Under the pieces are notes generated by a model, which saw only the letters and a list, made by a program, of their open reading frames with translations, had not been told where the DNA came from and ran no database searches. Positions 16,674 to 25,446 of a DNA stretch of 64,000 nt are shown piece by piece. Position numbers and translations under genes: made by a program. The stretch comes from an uncultured Candidatus Saccharibacteria bacterium. GTDB lineage: Bacteria > Patescibacteriota > Andersenbacteria > UBA10190. The stretch lies in assembly GCA_964371255.1 (NCBI GenBank), contig CAYJKV010000002.1:2553-66552 (forward strand), in the 5' to 3' direction. Every line of letters begins with the position of its first letter. Positions within the stretch are counted from its first letter, which is position 1.

Positions 16674-17972
16674 ATGACAAAAAACAATAAAACTGTCGCC
16701 GTTATCGGCCTTGGCTACGTCGGCTTACCGTTAGCAGTTCTCGCTCGGGAGAATGGCTGGTCTGTCCTGGGTGTCGATATCAATGAGCCAAAGGTCAAGT
16801 TGATACAAGCGGGTAAAGTCCCCTTCCATGATCCCGAACTTTCAAAGTCCCTCAAGAAATATCCCATTAAGGCTGGCACAGATTTTAGTGTAATAGCCAA
16901 CGCCCATATTATTATTATTGCTGTTCCCACTCCTGTTAATGCCAGTAACCATCCCGACCTCACTCCGCTTACCTCGGCGATAGACAATATTAAGCCTTAC
17001 CTTAAAAAGGGCCAGACGATAGTGGTAGAATCAACTGTTAATCCTGGTGTCATGGACGAAGTAATCACTCCGCTGCTTAAGGACGTGCCAGCGGTTCACT
17101 TAGTTCACTGTCCGGAACGCATTAATCCCGGCGATGCCAAGTGGTCGGTGCGCAACATTCCGCGTGTGCTGGGCGGCTATACCAAGATTGGCGTCAATAA
17201 CGCCAAGCAATTCTATACCAGTGTTCTGGAAGCGCCCATTAAAATCATGGCCTCGCCCACCGAAGCGGAAGCCGTCAAAATCATGGAAAACACCTTCCGC
17301 GATATTAATATCGCTTACATCAATGAAATGGCCCGTTCGTTTGCCGTGCTGGGTATTGACATTACCAACGTCATCGCCGGGGCTGCCACTAAGCCATTCG
17401 CCTTTATGCCGCATTATCCCGGGAACGGTGTGGGTGGACACTGCATTAGTGTTGATCCTTATTACATGATTGAGCGTGCCAAGCAGGTTGGGTTTGACCA
17501 TAAATTCCTTAAACTGGCACGCCGTATAAATGATGGCATGACCTCCTATATGGTGGACCTGCTGCTCAAAGGCGCACAGCAGGCCAAACTGCCCGCTCAA
17601 CAGTTAAAAGTCGGACTACTGGGCTTAGCATATAAAAAGAACGTCTCTGACATTCGCAATAGTCCTGCCATCAGGACGCTAGCGCAGTTAAAAAATCAAG
17701 GTATTGCCGTTCAAACTTTCGATCCGTTTATTCCCAAACGTTCGGACTTACTATCTCTCTCTGATGTGCTAGCCCAGTCTAACGCCCTTATGCTCACGTG
17801 CGACCACACAAAAATGGTCCAGGAGCTGACCCCGCAACGCTTAAAGTCTGCCGGTATTAAGATTGTGATCGATGGACGAAACGCTCTAAACATGCCCGGT
17901 ATCGTACGGGCGGGCATCGTCTATTATGGTATTGGTAAAATGCCCCGGCCGCTATCTGCGCCTAGCCGTTAA
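16674..17972 (+). CDS. nucleotide-sugar dehydrogenase (UDP-glucose/UDP-ManNAc/GDP-mannose 6-dehydrogenase family)
   Basis: N-terminal Rossmann motif VAVIGLGYVGLPLA with the central and C-terminal UDPG_MGDP_dh domains. The catalytic cysteine context GNGVGGHCI is present. Confidence 0.9.
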   Translation: MTKNNKTVAVIGLGYVGLPLAVLARENGWSVLGVDINEPKVKLIQAGKVPFHDPELSKSLKKYPIKAGTDFSVIANAHIIIIAVPTPVNASNHPDLTPLTSAIDNIKPYLKKGQTIVVESTVNPGVMDEVITPLLKDVPAVHLVHCPERINPGDAKWSVRNIPRVLGGYTKIGVNNAKQFYTSVLEAPIKIMASPTEAEAVKIMENTFRDINIAYINEMARSFAVLGIDITNVIAGAATKPFAFMPHYPGNGVGGHCISVDPYYMIERAKQVGFDHKFLKLARRINDGMTSYMVDLLLKGAQQAKLPAQQLKVGLLGLAYKKNVSDIRNSPAIRTLAQLKNQGIAVQTFDPFIPKRSDLLSLSDVLAQSNALMLTCDHTKMVQELTPQRLKSAGIKIVIDGRNALNMPGIVRAGIVYYGIGKMPRPLSAPSR

Positions 17973-17983
17973 ACACTGACGCG

Positions 17984-18496
17984 TTATTTGTTTTCCAGAC
18001 TTTCCGTTACCCCGGGTTCATTATTGCTAACCGGCGGCGGGGTCGGTGTTTGAGCTACTGGTGGCGCGGCTGACACTATATCATTTGCTGGTGGCGCTTG
18101 CGTGACTAATGCATCGTCCTCACTGACCATCTCCGCGCTTTCCCGGTTGTCCTCTCCCGCCTCGTCAGGCCTGTTCTCTGTTGCCGCTGCTTCATTAACC
18201 GACTCCCGCGCTTGCTCCGCTACCATTTCACGGGTCGCACCGACAATATCGCGGGCGGCTTCTTTAAATTCTTCCAGTGGTGTTTTGGGTGGCTGACTCT
18301 CCTGCCCGGCTTCGCTTCTTTGTTTTTTATAATTGCGATACCCTCCCCAAATCACGCCGATCAAAAAGACCGGAAACCATAATAAGGTTATATATCGCGA
18401 CATTATAAATAAGAGGAATAGTACAAAACCCGCGATTAGTCCGTACATCAAACCCCAGTACATTATTGGGTAAATATTTGGTTTAAATTCTGCCAT
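17984..18496 (-). CDS. hypothetical membrane protein with an acidic Pro-rich C-terminal tail
   Basis: Two N-terminal TM helices followed by a low-complexity E/A/P-rich region. Confidence 0.5.
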   Translation of the reverse strand: MAEFKPNIYPIMYWGLMYGLIAGFVLFLLFIMSRYITLLWFPVFLIGVIWGGYRNYKKQRSEAGQESQPPKTPLEEFKEAARDIVGATREMVAEQARESVNEAAATENRPDEAGEDNRESAEMVSEDDALVTQAPPANDIVSAAPPVAQTPTPPPVSNNEPGVTESLENK

Positions 18497-18625
18497 AGTG
18501 ATGTGCTTTTTAGCGGCCTTAATTAATAAAAATACTTAAATTACGCGACTTTTGTTATTTGCAACCAATATACCAAACAACCCATAAAAACAAAATGATC
18601 TCCGCTTATTATATATTTCTGTTCC

Positions 18626-19513
18626 TTACTTTCTTTCCAGTAAAGTCCGTGCGTCGCTCATGCTGTCCCATTCGCTCGGCGCGCCCAGGACAATTGCAAT
18701 CAAATCATGATCGGCTGCCTTGCGTACTGCCAAGCAGAAGCCGGCTTCGTACAGGTAGCCGGTCTTACTACCCGCTAACTCATAGCCATAATCCACCATT
18801 AAATTGTTAGTATTGACTATAGTATGTTCGCGGCCGCTGCCGCCGACGATATACTGGTACTTTATCTTGCTTGTGATCTCCGCGATAATCGGGTAATCAC
18901 GCCAAGCTGATTCCGCTATTTTTGCCATCTCATAAGCCGTGGAGATATTGTGAAAATCCAACCCTGTCAGCTCGACAAACTCAGTCTGTTCTAAGCCCAG
19001 TTCAATCGCCTTTCGGTTCATCGCTCGGATAAACTCCGCTTCGTCCACACCCGTTCCTCTGACCAAAGCGAGGGTCGCGTTGTTCGCGGAACCCATTAAA
19101 GAAGCATGTAACAGATCACGCATCGTCACGCTTTCGCCCGGTGCCAACACCAACCGGCCGCCAATCCGATATTCTTCCGGCAAGATTGTCATTGCCTGAT
19201 CTAAATCAACCCCAAAATCCAAAGCTACCATTGCCGTCATTAATTTTGTTAAACTGGCAATCGGTCTCCTTTCAAAGCCATTCACCTCATATTTAATTAC
19301 CTGCGCTTCACTGTCCCACAGCAGCGCGCTGGCCGACTCGACCACGTCGCTATTTCCTTCCGTCCGCACGTCATTAAGGCCAATATCAAAATTTGTCTGG
19401 TTTACCCGTTCCTCACTTTTTATTAACCGAGGCCCCAGTGCCGCCACCGTACCGGCCAATGCCCCGCCTAGCATCAAACAAACTCCGCCTAAAATTAATG
19501 TGCTTTTTTTCAT
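18626..19513 (-). CDS. serine-type D-Ala-D-Ala carboxypeptidase (peptidase S11, PBP5-like)
   Basis: Signal peptide, SxxK motif (ASLTKLM), SAN-like motif and KTG motif (GSKTGY). Confidence 0.85.
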   Translation of the reverse strand: MKKSTLILGGVCLMLGGALAGTVAALGPRLIKSEERVNQTNFDIGLNDVRTEGNSDVVESASALLWDSEAQVIKYEVNGFERRPIASLTKLMTAMVALDFGVDLDQAMTILPEEYRIGGRLVLAPGESVTMRDLLHASLMGSANNATLALVRGTGVDEAEFIRAMNRKAIELGLEQTEFVELTGLDFHNISTAYEMAKIAESAWRDYPIIAEITSKIKYQYIVGGSGREHTIVNTNNLMVDYGYELAGSKTGYLYEAGFCLAVRKAADHDLIAIVLGAPSEWDSMSDARTLLERK

Positions 19514-19594
19514 CTCGCTGTTTAACTATCTACAATGCTAATATATTTCAATTTACCTGCTAATAGCCTAAAGTTATCATCACAAGCATCCCCT

Positions 19595-20290
19595 ATGCCA
19601 AATAATACCCAACCCCAGCCCTCTTATACTGTCTTAACCAAAGATATCACTCAAGCCATTACTTTTATCGCCGCTGGTCGCGTCGTCGCTTTTCCTACTG
19701 GTACATCGTATGGCTTGGCTGCCGATGCCACCCAAGGCTATGCCCTGCAGAGACTGCGTATTCTCAAAGGACGCATCCAGGAACAATCTTTTACCATCAT
19801 GCTAAAAAATACTTTATGGCCTGAATACTTGGCATTAAGTCCGAGAGAGCAAACATTTCTGTCACATACGGCAGGACAACACCTCACCGTGTTGGTAAAA
19901 CCAAAACCCTTACTCTCCCACTTAGCTGTAGATGGACTGATTGGATTACGGCTGATCGACCATCCGCAAATGGACCAACTTTGCCGTGCGGCGTCTGTTC
20001 CCCTGACTGCCACCAGTGCCAACCACACGGGCGACACCCCCTGTCTCTCTCCGGCTTGTATCCAGGCTGCCTTTCCTGGTCTGGTTCCTGATCAAGAACT
20101 AAATGAGAATGAACCGCGTGGTGCCAGCGGCACTACCTACAATTTATCGTTGGCGGCCATTCTGGACGGTGGTACGTTATCCCCCAGTCGACCGACCACG
20201 ATCATTCGCCTTTCGGACAAGGGCGGTTTTACCATTATTCGTCCCGGCGCCGTGACTAAAGACGAGTTAAACAATATGGTCACTCTATAA
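19595..20290 (+). CDS. tsaC: L-threonylcarbamoyladenylate synthase (YrdC/Sua5 family)
   Basis: YrdC motifs VAFPTGTSYGLAAD and TATSANHTGD. The ORF track starts at 19535, but the family N-terminus aligns better with the Met at 19595. Confidence 0.8.
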   Translation: MPNNTQPQPSYTVLTKDITQAITFIAAGRVVAFPTGTSYGLAADATQGYALQRLRILKGRIQEQSFTIMLKNTLWPEYLALSPREQTFLSHTAGQHLTVLVKPKPLLSHLAVDGLIGLRLIDHPQMDQLCRAASVPLTATSANHTGDTPCLSPACIQAAFPGLVPDQELNENEPRGASGTTYNLSLAAILDGGTLSPSRPTTIIRLSDKGGFTIIRPGAVTKDELNNMVTL

Positions 20291-20316
20291 ACTATTCTTA
20301 TTCCGCCACTCGCTCG

Positions 20317-20910
20317 CTATAATCCCAACTCCTTCGCAATTCCCTGCATAGCTCCCAGTACGTGTTGAATGTGTTCGTCTAGGCTAAACCCAAGCTCCTT
20401 TGCACCCATTTCTATCTCATCTCTTTTTACCGCCGCGGCGAAAGATTTCTGCTTCAGTTTTTTACGGACAGATTGAACGTCGACTTCCTCCAGGCTTTTG
20501 TTAGGTTTAACTAACGCCACCGCGACGATAAACCCAGATAATTCATCCACCGCAAATATCGCCTGCTCCATTTTTGTTTTCCTGGACGTTCCGGTATGCG
20601 GCGCATGGGCCATAATACCCCGCCTGACCGTGTTGGAATAACCAGCTTGCTTTAATATCTCTTGCCCCTGATAAGGATGATCCTCCAGCGAAGGATATTT
20701 TTCATAGTCGAAGTCATGCAGCAAGCCGACCATCCCCCATTCATTAGCGTCGCCCTGGAAATAATTCGCCAAAGCAACCATCGCCGCTTCTACCGCTAAC
20801 GCATGTTTCCTCAAATTCTTGTTTTGTGTCCACTCGCAAAGCAACTCCCAGGCTTCCTCTCTCGTCTTCACCTTTCCTTCCATTACTTTATCTGACGGAG
20901 GATACGTCAA
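20317..20910 (-). CDS. HD-domain phosphohydrolase
   Basis: H...HD motif (HALAVEAAM ... LLHDFD). Confidence 0.75.
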   Translation of the reverse strand: MTYPPSDKVMEGKVKTREEAWELLCEWTQNKNLRKHALAVEAAMVALANYFQGDANEWGMVGLLHDFDYEKYPSLEDHPYQGQEILKQAGYSNTVRRGIMAHAPHTGTSRKTKMEQAIFAVDELSGFIVAVALVKPNKSLEEVDVQSVRKKLKQKSFAAAVKRDEIEMGAKELGFSLDEHIQHVLGAMQGIAKELGL

Positions 20911-22006
20911 TATTAGTCATTAGCTCGGGTGATTTAGCTCTTAAACGTGCCCATAAACTGCTTCCCAGCGCGCCTAGTGTGAGCATAAACACAACCAGTC
21001 CGATTAACCAACCAATGAGCGGTATAATCTCAACAGCCTTCAACACCACCGTCCCGACCAAAACATGCTGCCAGGTGATCGGTGTCTCTCTCTTCTGTAT
21101 TCTTTGCATCACCCATACTCCAACCACGATTGTACTCACGGCCTTTGCGGCAATGCATACTGTCATGCTGCCCAGGACACTTAATACCGCCAGCGGCCAG
21201 CCAATAATAGTCACCAATAATACAACAACAACTGGTACCAACGCGATCATCCAAATGAAACCGATACCCAGCGACCGTCCTCCCTTTTGCAACACATTTC
21301 GAACCGTATCATTAATCAAAGCTGGCCACATATACCATCCCACTAGCGCTACGATTCCCCATATCATCACACTCATTACCCAGGCCAGGATTAATCCCTT
21401 GCCCGTCGCCGCAGCGCCCACACCTTTTTTCGTTGGCTCCATTTCATGTCTTCTTTCACCGTTAATGACCACGTTATCCTCAACAGTGGGTTCTTTGGAT
21501 CCATAAGTCACCAAATCACCATTAATTTTTGTTCCAGACTTAATCGTCACCGTTTCTCCGGCCGCCCGCACCGCACCGTTTATCTGGCCACTAATAGTCA
21601 ATTTTTGTCCTGCTACATGAACCGAACCTAAAATATTTTTACTAATTACCTCGACCACGCTGCCGGCTGCAAACACGTCGTCCACCCGTTCACTGGTAAT
21701 GCGTACAGTGTTGCCGGCTGCAAACACGTCGTCGCCGACCTCGCCGGTAATCCGCACCGAGTTGCCCGCCGCATAGACATCCTGATCTACATTCCCTGTT
21801 ATTTCTACGTCATTAGCCGCGCTAAACAAATCCTCCTGCACGTTGTGTTCAACCGTCACGCTGTTCCCGGCAATGTATAAGTCATCGCTCACATCCTTGG
21901 TTGTCATGGCGTTATCTTCCTTTGTGACAAAATCACCCGCGAAACTTGCTAATGGCCACATACCCAACAGTACTAACACCGCCCCTGCATACATTTTTTT
22001 ATTCAT
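20888..22006 (-). CDS. membrane protein with N-terminal signal peptide, bactofilin-like beta-helical repeats and a C-terminal polytopic domain
   Basis: Seven or more repeats of the form D-x-V-F/Y-A-A-G-N-x-V-x-I-x-G, then about five TM helices. The start is chosen at MNKKMYAGAVLVLL (signal-peptide-like); the track ORF begins further upstream at 22141 and overlaps xseB. Confidence 0.55.
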   Translation of the reverse strand: MNKKMYAGAVLVLLGMWPLASFAGDFVTKEDNAMTTKDVSDDLYIAGNSVTVEHNVQEDLFSAANDVEITGNVDQDVYAAGNSVRITGEVGDDVFAAGNTVRITSERVDDVFAAGSVVEVISKNILGSVHVAGQKLTISGQINGAVRAAGETVTIKSGTKINGDLVTYGSKEPTVEDNVVINGERRHEMEPTKKGVGAAATGKGLILAWVMSVMIWGIVALVGWYMWPALINDTVRNVLQKGGRSLGIGFIWMIALVPVVVVLLVTIIGWPLAVLSVLGSMTVCIAAKAVSTIVVGVWVMQRIQKRETPITWQHVLVGTVVLKAVEIIPLIGWLIGLVVFMLTLGALGSSLWARLRAKSPELMTNIDVSSVR

Positions 22007-22223
22007 CAATTTCATCATCATGATTATTAAAACGCTTGTCAATATCAATGACTTTATTCTCAATTTCCCGCATCCGCTGCTGCAATTTTTGCGCCAGCTC
22101 CAACCCTCTTTCAAATTTCGGCAAATCCTTTTCCAAATCAATTTCCCGCGACTCGAAATCCGCTACCAGCGCTTCCAGCTCTTTGTATCCTTTGGAAAAA
22201 TTGAATTTTTCTTTTTCTTTCAT
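21999..22223 (-). CDS. xseB: exodeoxyribonuclease VII small subunit
   Basis: 74 aa helical protein with the XseB-like sequence ELEALVADFESREIDLEKDLPKFERGLELAQKLQQRM, located directly after xseA. Confidence 0.8.
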   Translation of the reverse strand: MKEKEKFNFSKGYKELEALVADFESREIDLEKDLPKFERGLELAQKLQQRMREIENKVIDIDKRFNNHDDEIDE

Positions 22224-22225
22224 AT

Positions 22226-23323
22226 TTATTGCTTTTCTCTTGTTACTGTAGATTTAATTTCGCCAAAGCTCAACCGGGTAATAATCATGTCGCCCCCGCT
22301 CACCTCATCCGCCTTTCTAAGGATCCGTCCGCCCGCCGTCTTGGTGATGCTGTAACCGCGTTCCAGCACGCCCAGGGGCGACAAGGACACTAAAACCCGC
22401 TGTAATTGGACTAACCTTTGCTTCATCCCCCGTACCTCGCCATGTAGAATTAATACAATTTGCTTGATGGTCGCGCGCCGCTGTTTTAATTGTTCAAAAA
22501 CGGTATCCCGTAACCTTTCCCGTAGATGCAATATTTCATACTCCAATAGATCGCGCGATTTGACTAAAAGTTCCGCGGCGTTGCTGGGTGTCGACGCTCG
22601 CACGTCCGCTGCCAAATCCGCTAAGGTAATATCGCGCTCATGCCCTACACCGACGATCGTGGGATATCTCGAACCGGCAATCGCCCTCACCACTTGCTCG
22701 TCATTGAAGGACTGCAAATCTTCCAGGCTGCCTCCGCCTCGAACCAATACAATGGCATCCACGTGGCTCAATTCCGTATTAGCCGTAGCTAGTGCTTCCA
22801 CAATTTGCCCAGCTGCCTTCTCACCTTGTACCTGCGTATGGATAAATGAAACTGTCAATCCGCCTTGTCGGGCCTTTAATACTTTTAGAAAATCAGTGTA
22901 GGCCGCTGCTTCTCGTGACGTTATCAGCACAACGTGCTGCGGGTAAAGTGGGATTGGCCTTTTTCGGTCTGCGTCAAACAATCCTTCTTCGTGTAGTTTC
23001 TTCTTGAGCAGTTCAAACGCTCTCTTCAGCGATCCCTCACCCGACGGTACAACGCCCGTTAGGTTAAAACTAAAACCCCATTTCTGCGTTAGCTTTGGGC
23101 GGCCCGTCGCCAATACCTTCATGCCATTCTCGATCTCACTTTTTAAAAACCAGACCGGCATAAAACACCTGACGGTACTGTTGTCATCTTTTAAAGCGAA
23201 CCGCACCCATTTTCCGCCGCTCAGTTGGTACTCGTCCACTTCCCCTTCTACCACCGCGCCATTAAAAGCATCCAGAGTTTCATCTATCATTTCCACAAAT
23301 TGGGTGACGGTTATTGTTTTCAT
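22226..23323 (-). CDS. xseA: exodeoxyribonuclease VII large subunit
   Basis: N-terminal OB-fold region followed by a catalytic region containing GGGSLEDL ... VGHERD. Confidence 0.9.
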   Translation of the reverse strand: MKTITVTQFVEMIDETLDAFNGAVVEGEVDEYQLSGGKWVRFALKDDNSTVRCFMPVWFLKSEIENGMKVLATGRPKLTQKWGFSFNLTGVVPSGEGSLKRAFELLKKKLHEEGLFDADRKRPIPLYPQHVVLITSREAAAYTDFLKVLKARQGGLTVSFIHTQVQGEKAAGQIVEALATANTELSHVDAIVLVRGGGSLEDLQSFNDEQVVRAIAGSRYPTIVGVGHERDITLADLAADVRASTPSNAAELLVKSRDLLEYEILHLRERLRDTVFEQLKQRRATIKQIVLILHGEVRGMKQRLVQLQRVLVSLSPLGVLERGYSITKTAGGRILRKADEVSGGDMIITRLSFGEIKSTVTREKQ

Positions 23324-23326
23324 TAG

Positions 23327-23399
23327 TGCGTCTGGCAGGATTCGAACCTGCGACCTCTGGCTTCGGAGGCCAGCGCTCTATCCGCTGAGCTACAGGCGC
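23327..23399 (-). tRNA. tRNA-Arg (anticodon CCG)
   Basis: Hand-folded: acceptor GCGCCUG/CAGACGC (one C-A mismatch), D-stem GCUC/GAGC, anticodon stem CUGGC/GCCAG with loop CUCCGAA, T-loop GGUUCGAAUCC. Confidence 0.8.
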
Positions 23400-23609
23400 A
23401 TAGGTGGCTACTCTCTATATAGTGAGCGTCACGTTTCTTGTTTTTGTTTGGGTATTATAATACATTACAAGCCTGCTCACCAAGAAAGTTGCCAAATCAT
23501 CAATTTAGTGGCATCTCTTCTGCCTTTCAACCAAACCCTGACGTGATGACATTGAATCTATATAATGAGCCATTTGTTTAGCCTATAATCGGTAACTTAT
23601 AATTAACCT

Positions 23610-24221
23610 ATGCGCATAAAATACGTCGACGGTTACAAAATCAGACAGGAACTTGACGTCGACTTTAATGTTATTCATTTTCGTCATACCAATCCAGCCT
23701 TTTTCATTTCCAAATGGTATATTCCCGTTGGTGAAATTTGGCTCGACCATAAGTTTCGCTCCGAAGAACAATTCTTATTGGAGATGGAGACGACACCAAT
23801 GGAGGATTTCAGTCGCCGCGCCTATATCGATCGGTTCATCCGCTCCGGCCAGCCTAAAAATCTGGTCAGTCATGAGGACAAGCAGCCAAACGGTTTAACC
23901 GTTCAATATATCGACGGCAGCCAAGTACGACGCTTTATTGATCCGCAATTTGTTATTGGCGGCCACGATCTTGTGTATCATTATGTCCCTCGCCAGACCG
24001 TCTGGATTGAACAGGCGCTTGACGAGCACGAGTGGCCACACATTTTAAAGCACGAAGCTTATGAACGAAGCTTAATGGCCCAGGGCAAAACATATGACGT
24101 AGCCCATGATTATGCTTGCGCCGCGGAGAAAGAATCCAGACGCGCAGTCGGCGGCAGTTATATCGGCGACGAAGACCATTCGCGACAAATCGATTTTTCT
24201 TCCTTCTATGTCCAGTCCTAA
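23610..24221 (+). CDS. hypothetical protein built from two tandem copies of a ~90 aa domain (ORFan)
   Basis: Internal duplication is visible by eye: KYVDGYKIRQELDVDF...WYIPVGEIWLDHKF aligns with QYIDGSQVRRFIDPQF...YVPRQTVWIEQALDEHEW. The second copy contains HILKHEAYER. No family assigned. Confidence 0.55.
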   Translation: MRIKYVDGYKIRQELDVDFNVIHFRHTNPAFFISKWYIPVGEIWLDHKFRSEEQFLLEMETTPMEDFSRRAYIDRFIRSGQPKNLVSHEDKQPNGLTVQYIDGSQVRRFIDPQFVIGGHDLVYHYVPRQTVWIEQALDEHEWPHILKHEAYERSLMAQGKTYDVAHDYACAAEKESRRAVGGSYIGDEDHSRQIDFSSFYVQS

Positions 24222-24684
24222 CCTGCTTCAAGTTACACCGTTTCGTCAGACTGCCGGTTTGTGCGGCCCGGCATCATTAAAGATTGCCCTATCATATTTC
24301 GGTCTGGACTACTCGGAAAGCTATCTCACCCAACTTACTGGCGCTAATACCGACCAGGGTACCGAACACACTGGCATGGTAGACGCCATCGAGCAGCTAG
24401 GCGGTACGGCTGTCGTGCAAGAAAATGCCAACCTCACGGATATTAAGGATTTTGTTGTGAGACAAAAATTACCGGTTATCATTGGTTGGTTTGATCAGGA
24501 CGGCGACCATTACAGTGTCGTGGTTGGTGTGACTGCTAAATTCCTCATAACCGTAGATCCGGCAGTTGGCGGCACCAGACGTTTGCCGAAAGCAAAATTT
24601 CCTGCCATCTGGTTCGATTTTGTTGGTCCCGAAAACAAAATCGTTTCCTGGCACTGGTTAATGGCCGTCAATTTTCACGTCTAA
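24208..24684 (+). CDS. standalone peptidase C39-like (papain-fold cysteine peptidase) domain protein
   Basis: Motif QTAGLCGPASLKIALSYFG carries the catalytic Cys context of C39/C39_2 domains, with a downstream DHYSVVVG His. The start at ATG 24208 overlaps the upstream gene's end by 14 nt; the track ORF begins out of context at 24106. Confidence 0.65.
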   Translation: MSSPNLLQVTPFRQTAGLCGPASLKIALSYFGLDYSESYLTQLTGANTDQGTEHTGMVDAIEQLGGTAVVQENANLTDIKDFVVRQKLPVIIGWFDQDGDHYSVVVGVTAKFLITVDPAVGGTRRLPKAKFPAIWFDFVGPENKIVSWHWLMAVNFHV

Positions 24685-24838
24685 TAAATTTTTACCCGGC
24701 CCTGCTCGATATTAGTAGGATTAAGCCGAAAACCACCTCAGCCAACCCGTCTTTTGGCTATCTTCCTAATTATCTTGTCGTCATATAAAAATATTTGCAT
24801 ACTAGTAACCTAAGTAATTTTCATATCTAATATTTTTT

Positions 24839-25432
24839 ATGCCAAACAAAACTAGTCCGATTAGCTCTACCTCACCGCGCCTCCCCAATACAAGTAGAAG
24901 TAGTGCAACTATCACTGTCACTATTTTTATCATCCTCGCCGCCTGCTTGGTCGCCGGTATTATTTACTTCCGCCGCACACCGCCCAACCCAGCTAACGTT
25001 GCCTCAGACAAAGTCATGACGGACAGCAATGAAATATTACCGGTTATCAACCAGCCGCCTATCCTTCCTCCCGACGACAACACCATCCCGATAGAACCCC
25101 AAACCACCATGGAGCCCACAACTGATCCAGTGATGGTGGCCTCGACTCTCCCCACGACCGTGCAGGAATTTATCATCACTGGACAAAACTTCCGGTACTC
25201 TCCGAGCGAACTGCGCGTCAAGCAGGGGGATACCGTACGGATTGTTTTTAATAGCCTCGACATGATGCATGACTGGCGCCTGGACGAATTTGACGCCACT
25301 ACGCAAATCATCCCAGCTGGGCAAACAGACACGATAGAATTTGTCGCCAGTCGTCCAGGCACTTTCGAATTTTATTGCTCGGTCGGCCAGCATCGTCAAA
25401 ATGGCATGGTTGGCTCGCTAATTGTTGAGTAA
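24839..25432 (+). CDS. membrane-anchored cupredoxin (plastocyanin-like) domain protein
   Basis: N-terminal TM helix, then a blue-copper ligand set: His in MMHDW, and FYCSVGQHRQNGMVG supplying Cys, His and Met. Confidence 0.7.
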   Translation: MPNKTSPISSTSPRLPNTSRSSATITVTIFIILAACLVAGIIYFRRTPPNPANVASDKVMTDSNEILPVINQPPILPPDDNTIPIEPQTTMEPTTDPVMVASTLPTTVQEFIITGQNFRYSPSELRVKQGDTVRIVFNSLDMMHDWRLDEFDATTQIIPAGQTDTIEFVASRPGTFEFYCSVGQHRQNGMVGSLIVE

Positions 25433-25446
25433 TTTAATCTTTTGCC

